A stretch of DNA of 62,859 nucleotides, counting the filler. It is 7 parts of 7 records of this genome, joined end to end, with 100 filler letters (N's around TTAATTAATTAA, not from the genome) between each part and the next. Parts side by side here need not be neighbours in the genome. Positions count along the whole stretch, not along the records: positions 10,134 to 18,721 come from SRR31156797_4712; positions 18,822 to 25,271 come from SRR31156797_4714; 5 more parts are not named here. One strand, written 5' to 3'. The number at the start of each line of letters is the position of its first letter. The stretch's first letter is position 1. Below the pieces are notes generated by a model. That model ran no database searches. It had not been told where the DNA came from and worked only from the letters and a program-made list of their open reading frames with translations. Of this stretch, positions 10,034 to 20,477 are shown piece by piece. The translations under genes were made by a program, and so were the position numbers.

Positions 10034-10133
10034 NNNNNNNNNNNNNNNNNNNNNNNNNNNNNNNNNNNNNNNNNNNNTTAATTAATTAANNNNNNNNNNN
10101 NNNNNNNNNNNNNNNNNNNNNNNNNNNNNNNNN
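10034..10133. other. Artificial contig linker (N-run + TTAATTAATTAA all-frame stop)
   Basis: Identical 100-nt linkers at 10034, 18722, 25272, 34994, 48018 and 56229; gene content or composition changes abruptly across each. Confidence 0.98.
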
Positions 10134-10225
10134 TCCCATGTGGAAGCACTAAAAGAGAGAATTCCATTGCAGATAAAGGTAGAGCCTAAGGGTGATGGGA
10201 CGAGTGTGTTAAATATCAATTAAAT

Positions 10226-11383
10226 GTGGAGGGATTAATGGCAAAGCATAGTAATATAGATCCTACTATAGGAAATTTTTATCATTATTGTATTGTTGTC
10301 AGTAAACTATTTATGTTGAAACACAATGAAAAATTAGTTATAGAGGTATATGGTGATTTAACTAAAGTTAGAATAAACGATAATTACTTTTTAGAGAACT
10401 ATGAAATTAAACATCATAAAGATTCTAATACTCTAAATTATTCTAATATTGATTTTTGGAAAACGATTAAAAATTGGGTCGAAAACTTTGATTCTTATTC
10501 TTCTGATACAAAACTGATTTTATATACAACATCTACAAAAGATGAAAGTCTCCTAAATTTTAATAATAAGACAAAAGAAGAAAAATTTAATCTATTAACT
10601 AATTGGAAAGATAAAACAAAAAATTCTGAAATAAACGATTTAAATAAAACTATATTTAAAAATAAAACCAAATTAAAAAATGTACTGTCTAAAATACAAT
10701 TTGAAACTGATATGGCGAAATATGAAAAAGTAAGAAACAAAATAATTGAAGATAATCATATTTATTTTAATATTTTTAAAGAAAATACAACAATTAAGAT
10801 AAAAGCAATTAATTATTTTATAGCAGAAATTATATCATCACTAAAAAATAAAACAAATTGGGAAATAACAGATATTCAATTTAGAGATATAATAAATGAT
10901 TTTGCAGATAGAAATAAGATTGATAATATTAAATTAGAAGAATCAGATTTAATGATTAATGATGATGAGGATAATAAGTTAAAAGAAGATTTAGTATTAC
11001 AGCCTTTGTATATACAAAAACTTCAAAAAATAAATTTATCTCAACAAAAAATTAAACGAGCATCAAGACATAAAATTAGAGCTATAAATTTTATATCTCA
11101 AATTCAAGATAATAGTTTTACTTATGGAAAAAAAATAGAAAAGTGTGCTGAAGTATTTATTGATCATTTAGATGAAATAAAAAGTGATTATGATTTTGAA
11201 AAAGATGTAAATTTAAATATTGAAAATTCAAAAAAAGTTTTTGATAATGCTATGAAAATAGATAAATTATGTTTAGTTGATGAAGATCAAACTACATCAT
11301 TTCGTAAAGGTTTTTGGCACATACTAGCAAATGATAAAGAAAATAAAGATATGCATTGGTTAATAAAGGATAAGGAAAAATGA
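10226..11383 (+). CDS. lmuA: Lamassu/ABC-3C effector LmuA: Cap4-like PD-(D/E)xK endonuclease + C-terminal domain
   Basis: IEVYGD...YEIKHH...IDFWKTIKNW nuclease core; C-terminal FRKGFWHILAND...MHW resembles ABC-3C CTDs; first gene of an overlapping triplet. Confidence 0.75.
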   Translation: MEGLMAKHSNIDPTIGNFYHYCIVVSKLFMLKHNEKLVIEVYGDLTKVRINDNYFLENYEIKHHKDSNTLNYSNIDFWKTIKNWVENFDSYSSDTKLILYTTSTKDESLLNFNNKTKEEKFNLLTNWKDKTKNSEINDLNKTIFKNKTKLKNVLSKIQFETDMAKYEKVRNKIIEDNHIYFNIFKENTTIKIKAINYFIAEIISSLKNKTNWEITDIQFRDIINDFADRNKIDNIKLEESDLMINDDEDNKLKEDLVLQPLYIQKLQKINLSQQKIKRASRHKIRAINFISQIQDNSFTYGKKIEKCAEVFIDHLDEIKSDYDFEKDVNLNIENSKKVFDNAMKIDKLCLVDEDQTTSFRKGFWHILANDKENKDMHWLIKDKEK

Positions 11384-11850
11384 ATGTTATTGAAGCAATT
11401 AATCTTACTAAGAACTCTCCAAATAAAGTTGCTAAAGAATTACAAAGTTTTATTTACGGATTTAAAGATAGAAGAGATGTAAGTTATTTTGATTTATTTT
11501 TATTTTATCCATTTTTTAGTTACAAGCCTTCACACGATTTTTTTGATAAACAAATGAGATTATCAAATAAAGATAAAGTAAATTTTTTCATAGATAATTC
11601 AAGTTCTCAACCTGAAATATTTGCAAATATTAAATTCGATTTTTATGAAACAATTTATTTAACAAAAGAAGCAATAATTTATGGAATCAATAATAAATAT
11701 TTTTTAATAGATGATAATTTTATTATTAAACTTAAAACAGAACATTTATTAAATAAAAATAGAGTCAGTGAAAATATTGGAAAGTTTTTATCGACTCAAA
11801 ATACTGCATATTTATATAATTATTTTAAGGTGGACATAGATGCAATTTAA
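11380..11850 (+). CDS. lmuC: Lamassu/ABC-3C middle component (LmuC-like)
   Basis: 156 aa, overlapping both the effector (ATGA) and the ATPase; LFLFYPF and TKEAIIYG motifs. Confidence 0.7.
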   Translation: MNVIEAINLTKNSPNKVAKELQSFIYGFKDRRDVSYFDLFLFYPFFSYKPSHDFFDKQMRLSNKDKVNFFIDNSSSQPEIFANIKFDFYETIYLTKEAIIYGINNKYFLIDDNFIIKLKTEHLLNKNRVSENIGKFLSTQNTAYLYNYFKVDIDAI

Positions 11851-13795
11851 GTTAGAAAAAATGATACTTATCTTTAAGGATGGTGAAAAAAGAGATTTAA
11901 AGTTTCATGATGGAGTTAATATAATTTCGGGAAAATCCCAAACAGGAAAAAGTGCCTTAATTGATATAATTGATTATTGTTTATTTTCAACTAATTGTAC
12001 TATTCCTCAAGGGGTCATAAGTAAAAATGTTGCAGTTTATTGCATTGTTGTTTGGATTAATAATAGAAAATTAATTTTAGCAAGAAATGAATATAGTGCT
12101 TCTCTTAACCCAGGAAGATCAAAAATTTTTTATGAAGAAAAAAGTGATTTATTTGACACTGACTTAATTTCAGTAGATTATTTCACTAAATATAAAAATC
12201 ATTATGTATCTATAGAGCATTTTAAAAAGTATATAAAAATTCTTTTAGAACTTACTACTGATGAAATGCCATTAGATGATTTTAATGAAAGTGTTCTTTC
12301 TTTTCGTAGTATGACTTCTTTTATGTTTCAACATCAAAATTTAATGGCAAATAAATATGCACTTTTCTATAGATTAGATTCATTTAGTAGAGTTAAGCAA
12401 ACACAAAGAGACTTAAAAATATATATGAATATTCAAAATATAGAGCTCTTGAAAATTGATGAGCGATTGGAACAAATCAAAAAGGAATTAAAGCAGATAA
12501 AAAAAGATGAAAAGTTTATTAATAAAAAGTTCAATGATTTAATTAATGAATTAAAAACTGATTGCATAACTTACTATGGACTATATGGAGGTTTAGATGC
12601 AGAAGAGAAAATATATAAAATATCTAATTTTAGTAATGTGGATACATTAAACTATAATGAGGTTATAAAAGATATTAAAAGCCATGGTATAGAAAGTAAT
12701 ATGCCAAAAGAGTTAACTAAGTTAGAAGAAAAGAAAGATTTATATTTTAATAAAATAAATCAATTATTAATGCAACTTGAAGATATAAAAAACTATGAAA
12801 AAGATCTTAGTTCTATAAAAGGAATATTAACTGTTGATTATAAGATTTCTGAAGAAACTGGATGTCCATTATGTAGCACAAAAAATATTTTAAATCAAGA
12901 TAAATATATTAAAGCAAAAAAATTAATAAAAGAAGAATTATTAGAAATAGAAACATCATCTCCTCAAATAGTAGAAGAAAAAGTTAATTTAGAACAAAAA
13001 TTAATTAATAATAAAAAAGAATTTATAAAAGTTAATACTAAGTTTTTAAATATGAAAAAACAATATGAAAGTATAACAAGAACGGAGGAAAAAAAAGAAG
13101 AACTTCTTAGATTAAAAACAGAAATACTCTCTAAGCAAAAGTTTTTAAAAGAATTAAAAAAGTTTCATGACAAAGATAAAGAAGAACTAATTAATGAAGA
13201 AAAAAAATTAATTGAACAAAAAGGAGATTTTGATTCTACAACAAAATTAAAACAGATAGAAGTAAAGATATCAGAATATATTAATGAAATAATTAAAAAT
13301 GGCTTTCCATTAGAAAATAGCTTAGGTAAACCAAATTTGTATTTTAACATAGAAGATTTTAGTTTATATCAGCAATTAAATTCTAAAAGAATATATTTAA
13401 GTGAAATGGGAAGTGGATCAAATTGGCTTAACTGCCATATCTCATTAATGATAGGGCTACATAAGTATATTTCTTTTAGTAATGCTAAAATACCATCATT
13501 TTTATTTTTTGATCAACCTAGTCAAGTATATTTTCCTTCAGAAGAAGATATTAAATACCCTAATAATGATAATAGAGAATCAGATTTAGTAACAGTTAAA
13601 AGTATATTAAAGAAAATAATTGAAAATGTAGATTTAATTAATAATCACAATAATTGTAAATCAAAACTTCAATTATTTATTACTGATCATGTAAGTTTTA
13701 AAGAAGATTGGTTTTCAAGTCATGTTATCGAAGATGGAATTTGGAGTGAAGGTAAAAAATTAGTTCCTTTAAAATATGAAAATGAAAATAATTAG
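11840..13795 (+). CDS. lmuB: Lamassu SMC-like ABC ATPase (DUF3732 type)
   Basis: Walker A GKSQTGKS, FQHQN, coiled coil with CPLC zinc hook, signature MGSGSNW, Walker B FLFFDQPSQVYF, ITDH. Confidence 0.85.
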   Translation: MQFKLEKMILIFKDGEKRDLKFHDGVNIISGKSQTGKSALIDIIDYCLFSTNCTIPQGVISKNVAVYCIVVWINNRKLILARNEYSASLNPGRSKIFYEEKSDLFDTDLISVDYFTKYKNHYVSIEHFKKYIKILLELTTDEMPLDDFNESVLSFRSMTSFMFQHQNLMANKYALFYRLDSFSRVKQTQRDLKIYMNIQNIELLKIDERLEQIKKELKQIKKDEKFINKKFNDLINELKTDCITYYGLYGGLDAEEKIYKISNFSNVDTLNYNEVIKDIKSHGIESNMPKELTKLEEKKDLYFNKINQLLMQLEDIKNYEKDLSSIKGILTVDYKISEETGCPLCSTKNILNQDKYIKAKKLIKEELLEIETSSPQIVEEKVNLEQKLINNKKEFIKVNTKFLNMKKQYESITRTEEKKEELLRLKTEILSKQKFLKELKKFHDKDKEELINEEKKLIEQKGDFDSTTKLKQIEVKISEYINEIIKNGFPLENSLGKPNLYFNIEDFSLYQQLNSKRIYLSEMGSGSNWLNCHISLMIGLHKYISFSNAKIPSFLFFDQPSQVYFPSEEDIKYPNNDNRESDLVTVKSILKKIIENVDLINNHNNCKSKLQLFITDHVSFKEDWFSSHVIEDGIWSEGKKLVPLKYENENN

Positions 13796-13798
13796 GTA

Positions 13799-16700
13799 GT
13801 GGAAAAGTTTATGATATTAAAAGAATCTATTCAAAAAATATATAATGAAAAAACAGATTATAATTACCCTAGTCAAGTAATGGATCAATCAAATTTATTA
13901 GAAACAGTGTCTTCTGATATTTATACTGATCCAAAAAGATTTATTTATGAACTTTTACAAAATGCAGATGATTCATCAATAAATAACTCTAAAAATCAAG
14001 TTAGTATTAAAATTATTAATGATTATTTAGTTTTTGCCCATAATGGAAAAATATTTTCTAATAGAGATATTGAAGGGTTATGTTCTGTAAGTAATGGAAC
14101 AAAAAAAGATGACAAAACAAAGACAGGTTACAAAGGTATAGGCTTTAAGTCAGTTTTTGGGCAGTCTGAAGAAGTGACTATTTATACTAATAATGAATAC
14201 TTTAGATTTGATAAAAAACATAAAATTGAATGGAAAACAAAGTGGGGTAATACTCAAGAGGAATGGGAAAGAGAAAATAAAAGACTATTTATATCTCCTT
14301 GGCAACTTATACCTATTTATACAGAGAAAGACTTTTTAAGTCGTGATATAAATATTTTCTTAGAAGAGGGAAAATTTACAGTTGCTACTATTTTAAAAAT
14401 TAAAAGTATAGATAATTTAAAAAAAGAATTAAATGATTTAGTTCAAAACATTAATATGTTTATTTTTTTAAGAAATATAAATAAAATAAATATCTCAATT
14501 GATGAAGAAATAATAATAGAAATTGAACATATATCTGATTGTGAAATTATATTAAAGAAAAATTCTATAATCAAGTCATCTTGGTTAATAAAAAATATAA
14601 AACTAGAAGTTGATAGTGAAATAAAGCAAGAAATTCAATTTGAAAAAAATATTCCTGATAAATTAAAAGAATCAGATCAAATAGAATTGACTTTATGTGC
14701 TAAAAAGGATAAACAAGGAATAGTTAAAGTTATAGAAAATGAAAGTTTATTGTACTCTTATCTTCCTACAAGCACTAGATTAAATTTACCTATTTTAGTT
14801 AATACAACTTTTATTATGGGAGCAAATAGAGAATCATTACATACAGATTCTTTATGGAACAAATGGTTGTTTTCTAATATTTCTTATAAGTTGATAGAAT
14901 GGATATCAGAATTAGTTCTTACAGAATATTCCTTTCAAGCATATAGATTATTTCCTCAAAAATTAAATTCCAATTACTCTTTTAATATTGATTATAATAA
15001 AGGTATTGATAAAGCAATCGAAACTCTGCCCTTACTTCTTTCGACAGAACAAAAGCTATTAAAAATTAGTGATTCTATTTATGATGAAGTTTCTTTTTCA
15101 AATCAACATTTTATATCTCGATCTTTAATTAAAGATTTTGTACTAGAAAAGAAAAATAAAGAAAAAAACATTGATTATAATCCATTCATTCAAAAAACAG
15201 GCTTTGAACATATTTTTCATGAAATTGGTCTGATGGAATTTAAATGGGAAGACATTTCATCATTTCTTAACTATCCAAATTTTGTAGAAATACATAATGT
15301 CAGTGATAATATTGAATTAATAAAATTTTTAAAGGAATCTGAGCGTCCAGAAAGAATCAAGGATAAAACTTTTAAAAACTGGTCTTTTATAATGGATCAC
15401 CAAGAACAGTTGAAAATACCTACAGATATTCTTTTACCTTTAGTAGATGATGAAGATTGGGAAAAAGAAACAGAACTATCTTATTTACATAATGATATAA
15501 AAGATTTTATATCATTAAATAGTGAGTATAAAAAATGGTTAGAAGAACTTGGTATAAAAGAAAAAACAGAACTAAGTTATATAGAAACTAATATTTTACC
15601 TAATATTGAAGATTATATTACTACGGATAGTGCAATTAAACAAACAAAAGACTTTTATGAATTATTTACTCAGGGGAAGCTTACACAAGATATATTTAAT
15701 AAATTATCAAATATGAAAGTATTAACTACAAAAGGTAATAAAATTCCAATTTCTGATTGCTATTTTTCAAATTGTTTTAACCCAGAAGTGGAACTAGAAA
15801 CACTATTAGATAGAGATATTTTTCTAAATGAAAATTATTTATTTACAAATAAAGATAGAGATAATATTAAAGTGTTTTTTAATAAGTTAGGTATAAAGCA
15901 GAGTATTTTACTTATTAATACCGAAAAAAGAATTAGTAAATCAGAATTAAATATCAAGTATGAAATTAATGAAGAATATTTTAATAATATAGACCAGTAC
16001 ACTGGTTATCCTCATTTACCAATTACAAGTTATTCTGATGTTATAAGTATAGAGTATATACTAAGTACTGTTGAATACAATTTATCAAAATTGTATTGGA
16101 ACTATATTGTTACAAGTGACTATGCTACTAAAATTAATAAAAAAGCTATTGGTTATTGGGGATATAGTACTCAAAGTGGGCAGATTAATGGAAAATCAAT
16201 AGAAAACTATATTAGTTGGCTAATAAAAAATATAGATTGTATCCCTACTAAATTAAAAAAATGTTTTAAATCGACAGAAGTATTTTTAAACAATGATAAT
16301 ATTTCTAAAATTGGAGATGGATATTTACCAATTGTTGATATTGAAAATTTAGATGATACCTGGAAATCTTTCTTCAGTTTTAAAACAGTTTTAGAGTTTG
16401 ATGATTATATAGAGGCCTTTTCTTTGATTATAAAAGATATGACTTCTGATAAAAAGCTAAAAAAAGATAACTTAGATAAAGTTATAAATATCTATGAGTA
16501 TTTTATAGATAATTGTTTAAACTTGGATGAATCTAAAGTAAAATCAATTAAAGATATATTTAGTTCATTATTAATTCCAGATTTAAATTTAAATGTTAAA
16601 TTATTAAATGAACTAAAATATACGAATGAAGAAGATACTAGTATTTTTGCAGATGATTATAATTTTATATATTTTAGTAAAGAAAATCAATCTAACCCAA

Positions 16701-18637
16701 ATTTAAAAAAGTTTTTAGAAATTATAGAAATTGATGTTTTAACAGATAAAGATTTTCAAATTGAAAAAATAGGTGAAAAAAGAGAAAGTAATTTAAAAAG
16801 AGAATTATTATTTATATTACCATATTTAAATAATTGGCTATTTCACCAAGATAAGATGTTCGATGAAAAAAAACAAGAGGTATTAAAATTACAAATAGAA
16901 AAAATAGAAATATTTGAGTATGAAAAGTTAAAAACAGTAAATAAATATATAAAAATTTATTTTGAAGATCATATTTTAAATATTGCGAAAAATTGGAAGT
17001 CTAATAGTGTACAAATAAAATTATTCACTAAATTATCAAATTACTTAAATATTAAAGGTCATGAAGATAAATTAAGATTTTTATTAAATGCTGATAATAA
17101 AGATGAGATTATAGAATATTTTATAAGTGAAAAGATTGAAATACCAATTGTGATTAGTTCAGAAAAAAATCATGAAGTTATTTCGAAGGAAGAGGAAATA
17201 TCTACTTTAGGTATAACAGAAAAAGATTATACAGATATCACGAAAATTTCAAATAACTATTCTCATGAATCTGAGTCATCAATAGAAAAAAAGAAATATA
17301 TTTTGGAATTATTAAGGCGATCTAAAAAAAATGTATTAGCGCATTTAAATAGTTTAGATGAATATAATTGTGAAAACGTAGATACTAGTGCTTTAACTGT
17401 ATTATCAGGAATAAAGAAAAATGGTAATGATATTTTTATAATTCCGCGTCCTTCAGATAATGGTCAAGTGATACTTCATTATGATTCAGAATTTGATACG
17501 TTAGAGTATACTGATTCAGAATTATGGTATGACGATGGATATTCTATACCTAAAAAATTAACTTTTGGAAAAGTACTTAGAGAAGCAAAAATAAATAGGA
17601 TACCAATAATAAAAACTAATAAAAATATTATTGATATTATTTATGATAATGAAAATGAAAATATTACATATAAGCCTATTTTACCATCATCTTTTGATAT
17701 AGCAAAAATAATGGCTTCATTTGCCAATACAAATGGTGGTTATTTAATAATTGGGTGCTCGAAAGAAGAAGGAATAATAGGGTTAAGTAGTGAATTTAAT
17801 ATTGATGAATTAACTAGGAAATCTATTGAATATTCAAGTTATTTTGAACAGTTTAAAATGGAAGAAAAAATTATAGATGGTAAAACTTTGATTGTTATAA
17901 AAATTGATAAATCTGATGAAACTATTCTTATTGAAGGTAAGAAATACATTCGTTATGGCCAAATAATAATTGAAGAATTAAGAGACAATAATAAACCATT
18001 AATTATTACCGAAGGAAAAACAGATTGGAAACATATAAAAAAGGCTTTAGATCAATTTAAAAATAATGGACATTATGTAGATTTGGATATTCAGTTTTTA
18101 GAGTATGAAGATATGAATATGGGAGATGGGGAATTAGATAGAATGGTTCAAACTTACTGCAAAATTGAACAGTCTAAAAAACACATTTTTATATTTGATA
18201 GAGATAATAGTACTTTTCTTAAAAAATATGCAACTGAAAGATTTAATAATCATCAAAATAATGTATATTCTTTTTGTATTCCAAAAATTAGTTGTGAGCT
18301 AGATAAAATTTGTATAGAGTTTTATTATAAAGAAGAAGATTTAAAGACTGAGGATAAATTTGGTAGAAGAATATTCATTGGTAAAGAATTTTTAGCTAAT
18401 GGAAATAGTTTATGTGGTAAGTATGTAACTGAAAAAAGAAAAGCTAATAAACTTGATATTTTAGATAGAGATAAAAAGGTTTATTTAAGAGAAGATATAG
18501 AGTGGAAAAATAATATTGCTCTTTCAAAAAATGATTTTACTAATAATATTATAAATGAAGTAGAAAATTTCAATGATTTTGACATTGAGTATTTTAAATT
18601 AATATTTGATGTAATAATGGATATTGTTAATGATTAA
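13799..18637 (+). CDS. Sacsin-like GHKL ATPase fused to Schlafen/AlbA_2-like and C-terminal TOPRIM domains
   Basis: RFIYELLQNADD, HNG, GYKGIGFKSVF (sacsin N-terminal ATPase); IAKIMASFANTNGGYLIIG (AlbA_2); LIITEGKTDWKH...IFIFDRD (TOPRIM E and DxD). Confidence 0.8.
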   Translation: MEKFMILKESIQKIYNEKTDYNYPSQVMDQSNLLETVSSDIYTDPKRFIYELLQNADDSSINNSKNQVSIKIINDYLVFAHNGKIFSNRDIEGLCSVSNGTKKDDKTKTGYKGIGFKSVFGQSEEVTIYTNNEYFRFDKKHKIEWKTKWGNTQEEWERENKRLFISPWQLIPIYTEKDFLSRDINIFLEEGKFTVATILKIKSIDNLKKELNDLVQNINMFIFLRNINKINISIDEEIIIEIEHISDCEIILKKNSIIKSSWLIKNIKLEVDSEIKQEIQFEKNIPDKLKESDQIELTLCAKKDKQGIVKVIENESLLYSYLPTSTRLNLPILVNTTFIMGANRESLHTDSLWNKWLFSNISYKLIEWISELVLTEYSFQAYRLFPQKLNSNYSFNIDYNKGIDKAIETLPLLLSTEQKLLKISDSIYDEVSFSNQHFISRSLIKDFVLEKKNKEKNIDYNPFIQKTGFEHIFHEIGLMEFKWEDISSFLNYPNFVEIHNVSDNIELIKFLKESERPERIKDKTFKNWSFIMDHQEQLKIPTDILLPLVDDEDWEKETELSYLHNDIKDFISLNSEYKKWLEELGIKEKTELSYIETNILPNIEDYITTDSAIKQTKDFYELFTQGKLTQDIFNKLSNMKVLTTKGNKIPISDCYFSNCFNPEVELETLLDRDIFLNENYLFTNKDRDNIKVFFNKLGIKQSILLINTEKRISKSELNIKYEINEEYFNNIDQYTGYPHLPITSYSDVISIEYILSTVEYNLSKLYWNYIVTSDYATKINKKAIGYWGYSTQSGQINGKSIENYISWLIKNIDCIPTKLKKCFKSTEVFLNNDNISKIGDGYLPIVDIENLDDTWKSFFSFKTVLEFDDYIEAFSLIIKDMTSDKKLKKDNLDKVINIYEYFIDNCLNLDESKVKSIKDIFSSLLIPDLNLNVKLLNELKYTNEEDTSIFADDYNFIYFSKENQSNPNLKKFLEIIEIDVLTDKDFQIEKIGEKRESNLKRELLFILPYLNNWLFHQDKMFDEKKQEVLKLQIEKIEIFEYEKLKTVNKYIKIYFEDHILNIAKNWKSNSVQIKLFTKLSNYLNIKGHEDKLRFLLNADNKDEIIEYFISEKIEIPIVISSEKNHEVISKEEEISTLGITEKDYTDITKISNNYSHESESSIEKKKYILELLRRSKKNVLAHLNSLDEYNCENVDTSALTVLSGIKKNGNDIFIIPRPSDNGQVILHYDSEFDTLEYTDSELWYDDGYSIPKKLTFGKVLREAKINRIPIIKTNKNIIDIIYDNENENITYKPILPSSFDIAKIMASFANTNGGYLIIGCSKEEGIIGLSSEFNIDELTRKSIEYSSYFEQFKMEEKIIDGKTLIVIKIDKSDETILIEGKKYIRYGQIIIEELRDNNKPLIITEGKTDWKHIKKALDQFKNNGHYVDLDIQFLEYEDMNMGDGELDRMVQTYCKIEQSKKHIFIFDRDNSTFLKKYATERFNNHQNNVYSFCIPKISCELDKICIEFYYKEEDLKTEDKFGRRIFIGKEFLANGNSLCGKYVTEKRKANKLDILDRDKKVYLREDIEWKNNIALSKNDFTNNIINEVENFNDFDIEYFKLIFDVIMDIVND

Positions 18638-18655
18638 AAACATTAAAGCTCTTTA

Positions 18656-18721
18656 ATGAACCTATCTAAATCCCTCTACACAAAAGGCATCCAATGCCCC
18701 AAAGCACTTTGGCTTAAAAAA
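18656..18721 (+). CDS. N-terminus of a DUF2779-type protein (truncated at contig end)
   Basis: Not in the ORF track; manual translation MNLSKSLYTKGIQCPKALWLKK matches the LSKS..xxGxQCPKxLWL start of this family. Confidence 0.65.
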
Positions 18722-18821
18722 NNNNNNNNNNNNNNNNNNNNNNNNNNNNNNNNNNNNNNNNNNNNTTAATTAATTAANNNNNNNNNNNNNNNNNNNNNNN
18801 NNNNNNNNNNNNNNNNNNNNN
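18722..18821. other. Artificial contig linker
   Basis: N-run with TTAATTAATTAA. Confidence 0.98.
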
Positions 18822-19302
18822 AGAGATTAAAGACTTAGTTGAAAATGCAACTGCAAAAGCAAATGAAGGTAAAACAATTAGTGCAGATATGATTGTAGGA
18901 TATAACTCACTTCTTGAAAACATCAGTAACTCAACTGAAAAAATCAATGAAATTGCAAGTGCAAGTAAAGAGCAAGAGACGGGTATTACTCAAATTAATG
19001 ATGCAATTAACCAGTTAGACAAACAGACTCAAGAAAATGCTTCTATTGCAAACAAAACTCATGATATTGCAATAGATACAGATAGAGTTGCAAAAGAGAT
19101 TGTTGCTGATGCACAAAGTAAAGAGTTTATTGGAAAAGAGAATGTAAGTATTAAAAAAGAGAAGCCTTCTTCTAAAGCTACTCTAAGTACTCATACTAGT
19201 GAAATAAAATCTAAACCTACAAGCAAAGATACAGAAAAACCTGCATCAAATCATACTTTTAAAGCAGAAAAAAGTAGTGATGATGAATGGGAATCATTCT
19301 AA
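18822..19302 (+). CDS. Methyl-accepting chemotaxis protein, C-terminal fragment
   Basis: EIKDLVE...ASKEQETGITQINDAINQLDKQTQENAS and C-terminal pentapeptide EWESF. Confidence 0.85.
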
Positions 19303-19314
19303 AAAACTTTAAAT

Positions 19315-19341
19315 AAAAAGGTATGACTTCCATACCTTTTT
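19315..19341 (+). terminator. Intrinsic terminator
   Basis: AAAAGGTATG-acttc-CATACCTTTT. Confidence 0.6.
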
Positions 19342-19424
19342 ATAATCTACATTTTCGATAAGCAAATACTTCACAATAAAATACTATAATACCCACAAAA
19401 TTTACAAAAAACAGGATTAATATT

Positions 19425-19904
19425 TTGGCACAACTTATAAGTAGTCTTATTAAATGGGCAATATTCTTTGGAATCTTATATTTAATATTTACTAACTTTG
19501 GAACATTTTTAATTATTTTATTTATACTAGTTTCTATTGGTTATTACATAGTTTATCAATTTAAAAAGAAGATAAGAGAAGCTTCATCTGGAAACGGTCA
19601 ACACTTTAAATTTACATTTAACGGTCAAGACTTTTCACAAGCAAATGGTGCAAATAACTTTGATTTTAATGATTTTCAAGAACAGTTTAGAAGAGGAAAC
19701 TTCCAAGGTGCAGGTACATCTTTTGGAGAAGTACCAAAGGCAAAAGAGTTCTTTGGATTTACAAGTGACCCAACAAAAGAAGAGATAAAAAAAAGATATA
19801 AAGAGCTTGCAAGAAAATATCATCCAGATATAAATGACCATGGTGATGAACTTATGCAACAGCTAAATCACTATAAAGATGTTCTTCTAAAAGCCTTTCC
19901 ATAA
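19425..19904 (+). CDS. Membrane-anchored DnaJ-domain protein
   Basis: Two N-terminal TM segments; J-domain EIKKRYKELARKYHPD. Confidence 0.85.
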   Translation: MAQLISSLIKWAIFFGILYLIFTNFGTFLIILFILVSIGYYIVYQFKKKIREASSGNGQHFKFTFNGQDFSQANGANNFDFNDFQEQFRRGNFQGAGTSFGEVPKAKEFFGFTSDPTKEEIKKRYKELARKYHPDINDHGDELMQQLNHYKDVLLKAFP

Positions 19905-19918
19905 AAGAAAGGTTTTAG

Positions 19919-20416
19919 ATGTTTCTTCAAAGATTAAAACTATTTTTTATAACTGTTACAGTTTTAGGAACAATCTTTTTAATCTACTCAATCTACAACA
20001 CTTATAAATTTAAAACTTCCGATTTAAATGAAAAAACACAAAATAGAATCACTCAGAAAACTCAATATTTACAAAGATTAGCTTACCAAAAGTTTGGAGT
20101 AAAAAGAGAGATTCCAGTTAGAGTTTCTAATAAAATGCCCTCTAATCTTTTTGGTGCAGCAACTTTAAGTCAATCAGGAGAAATAGTAGTCTTTCTAAAT
20201 AAAAAGAGATTTAAAGAGAGTGTTGATTATATGATTGATGATGTATTACCCCACGAATATGCTCATGCTTTGATGTTTGTATTTGGTGACTTAAGCAGGG
20301 AAAATGGTGGCCACTCTTTAAAGTGGCAAAATATTTGCAAGGCTTTAGAAGGAAAACGATGTAATAGGTTTGTTAATCACAATGATGTGATTTTTGGCAA
20401 AACAAATATATTTTAA
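19919..20416 (+). CDS. SprT-like zinc metalloprotease domain protein
   Basis: HEYAH...GHSLKWQ. Confidence 0.8.
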   Translation: MFLQRLKLFFITVTVLGTIFLIYSIYNTYKFKTSDLNEKTQNRITQKTQYLQRLAYQKFGVKREIPVRVSNKMPSNLFGAATLSQSGEIVVFLNKKRFKESVDYMIDDVLPHEYAHALMFVFGDLSRENGGHSLKWQNICKALEGKRCNRFVNHNDVIFGKTNIF

Positions 20417-20477
20417 AACAAAAAATAAGTACAAAGAGATATTTATTTAGGTTAAAATAAATAAAAAAGGATTTAAG

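Noticed and set aside
10134-10204. GC-richer stub (TCCCATG...TGATGGGACGAG) before lmuA, possibly the end of a REP/attC-like element
   Set aside because: Truncated by the contig edge; too little sequence to support a call
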